Below are positions 24,997 through 33,498 of a stretch of DNA of 40,106 nt, in pieces (position 1 is the first letter of the stretch; each line of letters starts with the position of its first letter). Origin of the DNA: Dehalococcoidia bacterium (lineage in GTDB: Bacteria > Chloroflexota > Dehalococcoidia > DSTF01 > WHTK01); NCBI GenBank assembly GCA_035292965.1, contig DATDPC010000086.1, positions 1 through 40,106 on the forward strand, given 5' to 3'. Under the pieces are notes generated by a model. It did no database searches, was not told where the DNA came from, and saw nothing but the letters and a program-made list of their open reading frames with translations. The translations under genes and the position numbers were made by a program.

Positions 24997-25015
24997 CAGG
25001 CACGCCGGGGGGCGC

Positions 25016-26617
25016 ATGACTCTATCGGGCAAGATCGCCGCCAACGCCCGCTACGCGCTCGGCCTGCGTGGCTTTCTGCGCCACTCGATTGACCTGGAGG
25101 GGGCGCGTAGCCTCCTCCAGTCTCATCTAGCCCGGCGCGAGGCGTCCTTCCTGAAGGTCATCGAGCGCGGCGTTTACGCCCAGCGCAAGAGCCCGTATCG
25201 CTGGCTACTGCAGCGAGCAGACATCGACTTCGAGGACGTAGAGCGCCTCGTCGCCCAGACCGGCGTCGAAGGGACGCTCGAGCGGCTTTACGACGCCGGC
25301 GTTTACGTGACCCTGGAGGAGTCCAAGGGACGCCAGCCGCTGCGCCGCAACGGCGACGAGCTGCCCGTGAGCGCTGCCGACTTTCACAACCCGCTGTTGG
25401 CGACGGCGTTCGACAAGCGAAGCAGCGGCTCCAGCGGCATCCCCACGCGCGCCCGCATCGACTTCGGCCGCGTCCTCCTCGAATCGTCTTATGTCACGGT
25501 GCTGCAGCATGTACACGGCCTCGAGGGCCGCAGGTTCGGGCTGTGGGAACCTGGCCTGACGATCTTCGCCCTCGTGCTCGCGAAGATGGGCAACCCACCG
25601 GAGCGCGTCTTCACGACCGCGGACACGCGCACGCTGGGTCTGCGGACGGCGATCTTCATGCGCTACACGCAGTGGGTCTGCGGGCGCCTGGGTCAGAAGC
25701 TGCCGCCGCTCGAGTACGTGCGGCGAGAGGACGTCATCCAGATCGCGCGCTGGCTGGCGGAGAAGACGGCCGCCGGCACACCCGCCGTCATGGTATGCAT
25801 GACGACGCCGGCGGTGCGCATCTGCCTCGCCGCGAAGGAGCACGGCCTCGACATCAGCGGCACCGTCTTCCGCATCGGCGGCGAGCCCTACACGCCGAGC
25901 AAGGCGGAGGTAATCGCCTCCGCCGGCGCGCGCACGGCCGGACATTACGTCTTGTCAGAGATCGGCTCCGTCGGCGCCGCCTGCGGCACTCCGGCGCACC
26001 TGGACGATTACCACGCGTTCAAGGAGAAGCTGGGAATCATTCAGCGCGAGAAGCGCATGGCGTCCGGCGCTTCGGTTCCGGCGATGATCTACACGACAAT
26101 CGTCCCCGTCGGCCACAGCCTCATGCTCAACACCGAGAGCGGCGACTACGCGACGATGGAAGAGCGGGAGTGCGGCTGCGATTTCGGCAGGCTGGGCTAC
26201 ACGACGCACCTGAGCGGCGTCGGCAGCTACGAGAAGCTCACGGGCGAAGGCGTCACCTTCGTCGGCAGCCGCCTCTACGAGGTGGTCGAGAAGCTGCTCC
26301 CCGCCCGCTTCGGCGGCAACGTCGCCGACTACCAGATCGTCGAGGAAGAAGAGCAGGGGCTGCCGAAGGTGAGCATCGTCGTCGCGCCGCGAGTCGGCCC
26401 CGTCGACGAGCAGGCGCTGGTGGCCACGATCCTCGAGAGCCTGGCAGCTACGCACGAGGACGGCGGTCAGGCCATGACTGACATATGGCGGCAGAGCGGA
26501 ACGCTGCGCGTCGTGCGCCGCGAACCCTACGCGACGGCTACTATGAAGGTGCTGCCGCTGCACGTCATGCGGCCGGATGCAGCGAAGAAGAAGAACGGCG
26601 GCAACGCCGCCAAGTAG
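25016..26617 (+). CDS. adenylate-forming enzyme, PaaK / coenzyme-F390-synthetase-like (ANL superfamily)
   Basis: P-loop-like KRSSGSSGIPTRA (compare SSGTTGKPT in phenylacetate-CoA ligases). 533 aa. Starts 19 nt after the MetE-like stop. The family call comes from one motif plus overall length, so it is tentative. Confidence 0.55.
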   Translation: MTLSGKIAANARYALGLRGFLRHSIDLEGARSLLQSHLARREASFLKVIERGVYAQRKSPYRWLLQRADIDFEDVERLVAQTGVEGTLERLYDAGVYVTLEESKGRQPLRRNGDELPVSAADFHNPLLATAFDKRSSGSSGIPTRARIDFGRVLLESSYVTVLQHVHGLEGRRFGLWEPGLTIFALVLAKMGNPPERVFTTADTRTLGLRTAIFMRYTQWVCGRLGQKLPPLEYVRREDVIQIARWLAEKTAAGTPAVMVCMTTPAVRICLAAKEHGLDISGTVFRIGGEPYTPSKAEVIASAGARTAGHYVLSEIGSVGAACGTPAHLDDYHAFKEKLGIIQREKRMASGASVPAMIYTTIVPVGHSLMLNTESGDYATMEERECGCDFGRLGYTTHLSGVGSYEKLTGEGVTFVGSRLYEVVEKLLPARFGGNVADYQIVEEEEQGLPKVSIVVAPRVGPVDEQALVATILESLAATHEDGGQAMTDIWRQSGTLRVVRREPYATATMKVLPLHVMRPDAAKKKNGGNAAK

Positions 26618-26631
26618 CAAGGAACGAACCG

Positions 26632-27936
26632 ATGCTCACAGCCGAAGAGAACGATCTCCTCTGTCGCGTAGGCCCGGGCACGCCGATGGGCAACCTGCTG
26701 CGGCGCTACTGGACGCCGGCGCTGCTTTCGAGCGAGGCGCCCGAGCCCGACAGCCCGCCGGTGCGCGTGCGGCTCCTCGGCGAGGACCTCGTCGCCTTCC
26801 GCGACACCAACGGCGCCGTCGGCCTCGTGAAGGAGAACTGCCCGCACCGCGGCGCCAGCCTCTTCTTCGGCCGTAACGAGGACTGCGGCCTGCGCTGCGT
26901 TTACCACGGCTGGAAGTTCGACACGAACGGCGATTGCGTCGATATGCCGTCTGAGCCGGCCGAGTCCGTGTTCAAGAGCAAGGTGCACGCCACGGCCTAC
27001 CCGACGCGCGAGTCCGGCGGCATCGTCTGGACCTACATGGGGCCGGCGGAGAAGCTGCCCGGCTTCCGCGAGATCGTCTCGCCGGAGCTGCCGCAGGAGC
27101 GCTGGCGGGCGATGAAGGTCTACGGCTACTGCAACTGGGTGCAGGGCCTCGAAGGCAACGTCGACGCGGCGCACACGTCGTACCTGCACCGCAACCTCTC
27201 GTTCTCGACGCTGACGCCGGACGAGACGGACGCGCCGGGCTTCCCGTCGCTGAACATGACTTTCCTGATCTGGGCCTACGACGTCGCGCCGAAGCTGGAG
27301 GTACACGACACGTGGTACGGCTTCCGCTACGCCGGCCTGCGCAAGACGCCAGGCGGCCACACCCACGCCCGCGTCACCGACTACATCTTCCCCTACCTCA
27401 CCTACATCCCGGCGGCGCCCGTTGGCGGGAACGATTGCATCCTCATGGTGCCGATCGATGACAACGCCTACTGGCGCTACCACGTCTCGACGAAGGCGCC
27501 GGTGCAGCTGCGCGGCGGCATGAAGCAGCAGGGCATGCCGAACCGCCCCTCCGGGATCATGGAGCGCGCCTGGATGCCCGAGAACGACTACCAGATGGAC
27601 CGCGAGGCGCAGCGCACGCAGAGCTTCACCGGCATCCCCGGCGGCGCCATCCCGCAGGACCAGGCAGTCACCGAGAGCATGGGCATCATCTACAACCGCA
27701 CCTCAGAGCGCCTGGGCACCTCCGACATGGCGATCATCCGCATGCGCCGCCTGCTCATCGCCGCGGCGAAGGACCTCGACAAGGGCATCGAGCCGATGGC
27801 GCTGGACGCGGAGGCGTCTTACAACGACTTCAGGGCTTCGGAGAAGATCCTCGCGGCGGGCGAGGATTGGCGCATCCTCGGCACGCAGGCAGACCCGGTG
27901 ATGCAGCAGCTCGAGCCGATCTCGGTCGCTACGTAG
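26632..27936 (+). CDS. Rieske [2Fe-2S] non-heme-iron oxygenase alpha subunit (phthalate-family / VanA-like type)
   Basis: CPHRGASLFFGRNEDCGLRCVYHGWKF (CxH...CxxH) and the mononuclear iron motif EGNVDAAHTSYLH. The ATG at 26632 is preceded by AAGGA. The listed ORF from 26485 overlaps the upstream gene. Confidence 0.9.
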   Translation: MLTAEENDLLCRVGPGTPMGNLLRRYWTPALLSSEAPEPDSPPVRVRLLGEDLVAFRDTNGAVGLVKENCPHRGASLFFGRNEDCGLRCVYHGWKFDTNGDCVDMPSEPAESVFKSKVHATAYPTRESGGIVWTYMGPAEKLPGFREIVSPELPQERWRAMKVYGYCNWVQGLEGNVDAAHTSYLHRNLSFSTLTPDETDAPGFPSLNMTFLIWAYDVAPKLEVHDTWYGFRYAGLRKTPGGHTHARVTDYIFPYLTYIPAAPVGGNDCILMVPIDDNAYWRYHVSTKAPVQLRGGMKQQGMPNRPSGIMERAWMPENDYQMDREAQRTQSFTGIPGGAIPQDQAVTESMGIIYNRTSERLGTSDMAIIRMRRLLIAAAKDLDKGIEPMALDAEASYNDFRASEKILAAGEDWRILGTQADPVMQQLEPISVAT

Positions 27937-27945
27937 CGTAGAGCA

Positions 27946-27970
27946 CCGAGGCTGGAAAGCCTCGGCTACG
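27946..27970. repeat. REP-like hairpin element, copy A1 (CCGAGGCT-GGAA-AGCCTCGG-CTACG)
   Basis: Perfect 8-bp stem with a GGAA loop. The 25-nt string is repeated exactly at 39263..39287. Confidence 0.75.
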
Positions 27971-27983
27971 GTAGCAACGACCA

Positions 27984-28008
27984 CGTAGCCGAGCCTTTCC
28001 AGGCTCGG
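27984..28008. repeat. REP-like hairpin element, copy A2 (inverted orientation)
   Basis: CGTAG-CCGAGCCT-TTCC-AGGCTCGG is the reverse complement of A1, except for one compensatory G/C swap that preserves the local 8-bp stem. Confidence 0.75.
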
Positions 28009-28012
28009 CGCC

Positions 28013-29545
28013 CTACGTCCGGTTCTGCGGGAAGCCGAGGTCGACGCGGCTGGTCGAGGGGTCGGGCCAGCGGCTCGTTACCACTTTCGTGCGCGTGTAG
28101 AAGTGGACGCCGTCCGGCCCGTACATATGGGTATCGCCGAAGAGGGACGACTTCCAGCCGCCGAAGGAGTAGTAGGCGACCGGAACCGGGATCGGTACGT
28201 TGATCCCGACCATGCCGACGTTCACCTCGAACTGGAAGCGCCGCGCGGCGCCGCCATCGCGCGTGAAGATCGCAACGCCGTTGCCGTAGGGGTTGTCGTT
28301 GACGATGCGCACGGCCTCGTCGTAGCTGTCGGTGCGCACGACCGATAGGACGGGGCCGAAAATCTCGTCGTTGTAGACGCGCATGCCGGGCTTGACGTCG
28401 TCGAGCAGCGACATGCCGAGGAAGAAGCCGTCGTTCTCGAAGCGCGTCTCGCGGCCGTCGGCGACGACCTTCGCGCCTTCCTTCGCGCCGATGTCGAGGT
28501 AGCCCGCCACCTTGTCGCGGTGCTCGCGCGTGACGAGCGGCCCCATCTCCGACTCGGGCTCCATCCCTGGCCCGATGCGCACTTTATCGAGGCGCGTCTT
28601 GATCGCGTCGATCAGCGGGTCGGCAACGCCGCCGACGGCGACGATGACCGAGATCGCCATGCAGCGCTCGCCGGCGGAGCCGTAAGCCGCCGACACGGCT
28701 GCGTCAGCGGCAGCGTCGATGTCGGCGTCCGGGAGGACGACCATGTGGTTCTTGGCGCCGCCCAGCGCCTGCACGCGCTTGCCGTTGCGCGTCGCGGTCT
28801 CGTAGATCGAGCGCGCGATCGGTGTCGAGCCGACAAAGCTTATCGCAGCGACGTCCGGGTGTTCGAGCAGCCGCTCGACGGCGACGCGGTCGCCCTGGAC
28901 GACCTGGAAGATGCCGTCCGGGACGCCCGCCCGCGTCAGCAGCTCCGCCATAAACAGCGATGCGCTGGGGTCCTTCTCGGAGGGCTTGAGGATGAAGGCG
29001 TTGCCGCAGGCGATCGCGTTGGCGAACATCCACATCGGCACCATCGCCGGGAAGTTGAACGGCGTGATGCCGGCAACGACGCCGAGGGGCTGGCGCAGCG
29101 AGTAGACGTCGACGCCGGTGCTGGCCTGCTCGCTGAAGCCGCCCTTCATCAGCTCCGGGATGCCGCAGGCGAACTCGATGTTCTCGAGCCCGCGCGCGAC
29201 CTCGCCGATCGCGTCCGAGAGCACCTTGCCGTGCTCCAGCGTGATCAGCGTCGCGAGGTCCTTGCGATGCGTGTCGAACAGCTCGCGGGCGCGGAACATT
29301 ACCTCCGACCGCCGTGCCAGCGACGTGGCGCGCCAGGCCGGAAACGCCGCCTTTGCCGTCGCAACCGCCGCATCGACTTCCTCGACCGAGGCGAAATCGA
29401 CCTCGCCGGCCTGGAGGCCGAGCGCCGGGTCGAAGACGGGGCCTTTGCGCCCGGAAGCGCCCTCGACGCGCTTGCCGCCGATGTAGTGAGGGATGTGTTT
29501 CAGCGCGCCTGACTTTGGCGCCGCTGCTTGCTCTCGGATCGTCAT
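28013..29545 (-). CDS. mmsA: CoA-acylating methylmalonate-semialdehyde dehydrogenase
   Basis: HYIGGKRVEGASG, FNFPAMVPMWMFANAIACGNAFILKPSEKDP, the catalytic region AGERCMAISV, and GINVPIPVPVAYYSFGGWKSSLFGD. The ATG at 29545 (MTIREQ) is preceded by GGAGGTGAG. The listed ORF begins 9 codons earlier. Confidence 0.9.
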   Translation of the reverse strand: MTIREQAAAPKSGALKHIPHYIGGKRVEGASGRKGPVFDPALGLQAGEVDFASVEEVDAAVATAKAAFPAWRATSLARRSEVMFRARELFDTHRKDLATLITLEHGKVLSDAIGEVARGLENIEFACGIPELMKGGFSEQASTGVDVYSLRQPLGVVAGITPFNFPAMVPMWMFANAIACGNAFILKPSEKDPSASLFMAELLTRAGVPDGIFQVVQGDRVAVERLLEHPDVAAISFVGSTPIARSIYETATRNGKRVQALGGAKNHMVVLPDADIDAAADAAVSAAYGSAGERCMAISVIVAVGGVADPLIDAIKTRLDKVRIGPGMEPESEMGPLVTREHRDKVAGYLDIGAKEGAKVVADGRETRFENDGFFLGMSLLDDVKPGMRVYNDEIFGPVLSVVRTDSYDEAVRIVNDNPYGNGVAIFTRDGGAARRFQFEVNVGMVGINVPIPVPVAYYSFGGWKSSLFGDTHMYGPDGVHFYTRTKVVTSRWPDPSTSRVDLGFPQNRT

Positions 29546-29600
29546 CGCAGACTCACCTCCGGTTGCGAGCATGATACCGCCCCCGGGAGCCCACGTAGCC

Positions 29601-30173
29601 CTACTGCAAGATCAGGATCGCGACGGCGTGCAGCAGCCGGTCCTGGCCGATCTCCGAGACAACGGCGACGTCGCGGCCTTGCAGGATATCGGCAATCGTT
29701 CCCAAAGAGCCGTTAGCCCTGTAGATCGGCGTGTCGGCGTCGATCTGGACGGCGCGCATCCCCTGCGGCGTTTGGAGCGTCAGAGACTTGCCGTTGAAGG
29801 CCTGCACCCGCCCGACGATATCGGCCGGCGCCGGCAGCACGCCAAAGTTCTGCTGCCCGCCCTGGGCGTTGGGCACGCCGCCGCCCTGACCCGGCTGCTG
29901 GCCCTGACCAGGTACGACGCCTTGCCCCGGCGCCTGGCCGGGACCACCGAACTGGCCCTGCGGCTGGGCGCCCTGGGGGATACCGCCGCGCGGCGCGCCA
30001 CCCGGGCCGCCGGGCGGGGCGCCGAAGCCGCCGTTGATGCCGTTGTCGTTGCCCGTTACCATCGAATAACCGGCGAGGAGCATCAGCGCCGCCAGCGCCA
30101 GGCCGGCGACCGCCATCAGCGCGACGCGCGGCACCGGGCTGCCGGCTTTGATCTGCGTCGTCTCCTGGATCAC
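29601..30173 (-). CDS. membrane-anchored Gly/Pro/Gln-rich low-complexity protein with a small beta-rich C-terminal domain
   Basis: The GTG at 30173 forms a GTGA overlap with the stop of the DUF2723 gene (an alternative ATG lies at 30206). TM anchor is VALMAVAGLALAALMLLAGY. The linker is GGFGAPPGGPGGAPRGGIPQGAQPQGQFGGPGQAPGQGVVPGQGQQPGQGGG. The C-terminus is VGRVQAFNGKSLTLQTPQGMRAVQIDADTPIY.... Confidence 0.6.
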   Translation of the reverse strand: MIQETTQIKAGSPVPRVALMAVAGLALAALMLLAGYSMVTGNDNGINGGFGAPPGGPGGAPRGGIPQGAQPQGQFGGPGQAPGQGVVPGQGQQPGQGGGVPNAQGGQQNFGVLPAPADIVGRVQAFNGKSLTLQTPQGMRAVQIDADTPIYRANGSLGTIADILQGRDVAVVSEIGQDRLLHAVAILILQ

Positions 30174-32425
30174 TTCGACACCTTCAGTGTCCCGATTTGG
30201 AACCACTCGCCCGGGCTGGCGACGCCGTTGCTGACGCGCACTTGCAGCGGCTGGCCGCCCTTGTCGATGCTCGAGAGGATGACCAGGTCGTACTCCTCGA
30301 CCAGGTAGCTGCCGCTCTGGAGGCTGCCCTTGAGCTGGACGTAGCGCGCAACGTTACCGAAGCCGATGGCGTGGCGTTCGAAGTACTTGCTCTCGCCGAG
30401 GCGGGTGTAGATCTGGTAGCCGCCCGTGACGGCGCCCTGCCAGTACAGCTTCAGGTGCACCGTACCGCCCGCCTCGACGTTCGAGGTGTCGACGTCGTAG
30501 CCGGCGAGGGTGACGCCGCCGAAGTCCTTGCCGACCTTGTTCTGAGGCGTGACGCCGCTAACGAACAGCGTCGGCGCCGTGTTCGTCGTCTCGTAGAGGG
30601 TCAGCGTGCGGTTCGTGAAGCCTGCGGCGCTGTCGTCCGAGAGCACCGGCGAGGCGATCACCGGGATGCTCCAGCTCGTCGACGTGTTGCCGAAGGCGCC
30701 CTGATTGAAGCCGCCACCGACACCGACGCGCCCGCCGCCGAAACCGCCGGAGTTGACGCTGTACTGCGCCCCGCTCGCCGCCGTCGTCGCGCCGTTGTTT
30801 GCGCCGAAGCCACCGGCCTGCTGCCCGAGGCCGCCGGGGCCGCCCTGGGGCCCGCCGGGGCGCGCGCCCTGTTCGGTTGCTGGAATCCGGACGTCGGGGC
30901 GCCAGTCGTAGACGTAGCGGTAGTAGAACATGTCGTAACCGAAGACGCCGCCCTGGCCGTTGAGCGTCGCGTTTGCGGGCAGGCTGGCGAAGACGTTGCG
31001 GTAGAAGTCATTGATCCCGGTGTTCTGCGACTGGTCGTTGTGGCCCCAGTTGCTCGCCAGCGAGTAGGCCGGCATCGCCGCCGACACGGCGATCGCGCCC
31101 GCAAGCGCCACGGCAACGCCGATCGTCGCGTAGCGTCGCCGCGGGTCGGTTGCGGGCTCAGGCGTCGCGCCGAAGAGGCCGAGACGGCGTGTCGCCTCGT
31201 AGCCCCAGGACAGCAGGCCGTAGAAGCCGTAGGCGGCGAACACGGCAACGATGAAGTGGGTCGTTACGAAGAAGACGTCGAGGTCGGTGGCGCGGTACTC
31301 GAGGAAGAAGGCCATCTGGGCGATGTAGCCCGGCACGAAGAGGAAGAACGCCTTCGGGTGCCTGAAGACGACGAGCCACGCCCCCAGCAGCGCCACCAGC
31401 ATGCCGGCGATGTAGAAGTTGGAGCGCAGCAGGTCGAGGTAAAGATCGATCCGGTCCGGCACGGCGGAGAGCGGGTAGGCCCACTTCAGCTGGTCGAAGG
31501 CGTGGTAGGTGTACCTGAGGATGCCGTCGAGGCTGTTCGGCTCTGCGAAGCCGAGCGTCGGCGCGTCGCCGGCCTTGTAGGGCAGCCAGAGGTACTGCAG
31601 CAGCCCGAGCCCAAACAGCAGCGCGCCGACGCCGATCAGCTTCGGCTGGAGCACGACACGCCAGTTCGTGAGCGCGATGAAGGGCAGGAAGCCGAACGCC
31701 AGCGACAGGTTCGAGAGGTGGGTGCCGAGGCTCATCCCGAAGACGAGCGTGAACGCCCCGAACAGCGCCAGCGACTTCCCGTCTGCCGTCTTCGAGGCCG
31801 ACGCCTCTTCGCGGCGCGCCCAGAGCAGCAGCAGCACGTAGGTCAGCGAGACCATGAAGATGTTCGGCGCGTAGACCTCGGCGATCACGGCCTGCGACCA
31901 CAGCGTCGTCGAGAACGCGAACAGCAGCGCCCCGAACAGCGCCGCCGCGACCTGCAACCCCCGCTGCGCCGGTTCAGTCGATGTCGAGGCCGCGGACGTC
32001 ACCGGAGTCGCGCTGCCTCGCCACGAGACGAAGCGCGCCGATGCGCCGCCGCGGATCACGAGCAGGGCGATCGCGAAGAGGAGGGCGCTGCCCGCCGCCG
32101 CGCCGGTCGCCGACATGAGGTTCATGCGGTGCGCGACGTCGCCGACGGGGATGTAGGTGAAAAGCTTGCCGAGCCAGGTGTACATGGGGTAGCCGGTCTG
32201 GTGGGCGAGGCCGAGCTGATACGGGATCGTCGCCAACTCGTTGCCGTCGGGGCTCTGGTAGGAGAGGCTGGGCGTCAGCGTTGCGTTGTAAACGGCGAAG
32301 GCGACGATGAAGATCGTCGCCCCGAGCGCGAGTTCGAGGACGCGCCAGGAGACGTTGACGGACGCCAGCGCGGGCAGCGCCAGACGACGCGCTTGCGGGC
32401 TAGCTACAACCGAATCTTCCATCAA
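30170..32425 (-). CDS. DUF2723 (TMEM260-like) GT-C fold glycosyltransferase
   Basis: FAVYNATLTPSLSYQSPDGNELATIPYQLGLAHQTGYPMYTWLGKLFTYIPVGDVAHRMNLMSA matches the DUF2723 N-terminal signature as I remember it. There are more than 10 TM segments and a soluble C-terminal region of about 270 aa that includes a Gly-rich stretch. The start is TTG at 32425 or ATG at 32422. Confidence 0.78.
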   Translation of the reverse strand: MMEDSVVASPQARRLALPALASVNVSWRVLELALGATIFIVAFAVYNATLTPSLSYQSPDGNELATIPYQLGLAHQTGYPMYTWLGKLFTYIPVGDVAHRMNLMSATGAAAGSALLFAIALLVIRGGASARFVSWRGSATPVTSAASTSTEPAQRGLQVAAALFGALLFAFSTTLWSQAVIAEVYAPNIFMVSLTYVLLLLWARREEASASKTADGKSLALFGAFTLVFGMSLGTHLSNLSLAFGFLPFIALTNWRVVLQPKLIGVGALLFGLGLLQYLWLPYKAGDAPTLGFAEPNSLDGILRYTYHAFDQLKWAYPLSAVPDRIDLYLDLLRSNFYIAGMLVALLGAWLVVFRHPKAFFLFVPGYIAQMAFFLEYRATDLDVFFVTTHFIVAVFAAYGFYGLLSWGYEATRRLGLFGATPEPATDPRRRYATIGVAVALAGAIAVSAAMPAYSLASNWGHNDQSQNTGINDFYRNVFASLPANATLNGQGGVFGYDMFYYRYVYDWRPDVRIPATEQGARPGGPQGGPGGLGQQAGGFGANNGATTAASGAQYSVNSGGFGGGRVGVGGGFNQGAFGNTSTSWSIPVIASPVLSDDSAAGFTNRTLTLYETTNTAPTLFVSGVTPQNKVGKDFGGVTLAGYDVDTSNVEAGGTVHLKLYWQGAVTGGYQIYTRLGESKYFERHAIGFGNVARYVQLKGSLQSGSYLVEEYDLVILSSIDKGGQPLQVRVSNGVASPGEWFQIGTLKVSK

Positions 32426-32521
32426 TCCAGGTCCCGTCCCTTCTGACCGCCTTCTCCTATGAAATAGCTTCGGCAGAAGGAAAGGATTACAGACATTCTA
32501 GAAGTTTGTTAAATGAAGCCA

Positions 32522-32535
32522 CGCCCCCGCGGGCG
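32522..32535 (-). terminator. weak hairpin downstream of the FAH-family gene
   Basis: Minus strand reads cgccc-gcgg-gggcg followed by tggcttcattt. The stem is short and the T-tract poor. Confidence 0.25.
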
Positions 32536-32537
32536 GG

Positions 32538-33497
32538 TCAGGCCTCGCCCCTTGCTCTGCGCGCGGCGATGTTCGTCGAGTTCGCTCCCAGATAGACGCT
32601 GCGCTCCCAGGTGCGCTTCGAGTCGTCGCGCACGCTGATCTGCATGCGGCCGACCTTCTCGACCTCGATCTCGCAGCGCTCGCCGTCCTGCAGCGGGCCG
32701 AGGCCCTCGTGGTTCGTGCCGCAGGCGATGACGTTGCCGGTGTGCAGCGTCATGATGCCGCTAGCGAACTCGATCAGCTGCGGCACCTGGTGCTCCATGT
32801 CCTCGGTGGCGTAGTCGTGGTACAGCTCGCCGTTGTTGAAGAAGCGCACGCGCAGCTTGTTCGGGTCCGGGATCTCGTCCGCCGTCGTGATGCAGGGGCC
32901 GAGCGGCGCGAACGTATCGAAGCTCTTGCCCATCCAGCTGCCCTGACGCCAGGAGTAGCGGCCCTCAGCCCGCGCCGAGACGTCGATCATGCCGGTGTAG
33001 CCGAAGACGGCGCTGCGCCAGTCCTCCCGCGACACGTTCTTCGCCGGCCCCTTGATCACGATCGCCAGCTCGGCCTCGTGCTGAAAGACGTAGGGGCCGG
33101 GAGCGTCGCCGACGATCTGCTTCTCGTTGTGCGGCGGCAGCACGACCGTATCGCCGGGGCCGATGACGGCGTCCGGGTTCTTGAGGAACATGTTCAGCGC
33201 CCGCGGCTCGCGCTGCTCGTGCTCCCAGTAGTTGCCGATGCAGCAGAGGATCTTGCCGGGGCGCGGCAGCGGCGGTCGCAGGCGCACGGAATCGAGCGGC
33301 AGCGCCTGCGATTCGCGGGCGAGGCGCTCGAAGTCGCCGCGCAGGCCGTCGAAGTTGTCGATGATCTGCTCCATGAGGTGTTGCGGTGAGTGCGCCTGCA
33401 GACGCGCCGTCGCGGACGACACGTCGACGACGCCGGCGTCGGTGAGAACGCCGGGGCGTACGCTGCCAGCGGCGCTTTCGAAGAGAACGAGTCGCAT
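32538..33497 (-). CDS. fumarylacetoacetate hydrolase (FAH) family protein
   Basis: GKILCCIGNYWEH, FQHEAELAIVIKG, MIDVSAR and GNVIACGTNHEG. The start lies 1 nt after the stop of the upstream gene. Confidence 0.88.
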   Translation of the reverse strand: MRLVLFESAAGSVRPGVLTDAGVVDVSSATARLQAHSPQHLMEQIIDNFDGLRGDFERLARESQALPLDSVRLRPPLPRPGKILCCIGNYWEHEQREPRALNMFLKNPDAVIGPGDTVVLPPHNEKQIVGDAPGPYVFQHEAELAIVIKGPAKNVSREDWRSAVFGYTGMIDVSARAEGRYSWRQGSWMGKSFDTFAPLGPCITTADEIPDPNKLRVRFFNNGELYHDYATEDMEHQVPQLIEFASGIMTLHTGNVIACGTNHEGLGPLQDGERCEIEVEKVGRMQISVRDDSKRTWERSVYLGANSTNIAARRARGEA

Positions 33498-33498
33498 C

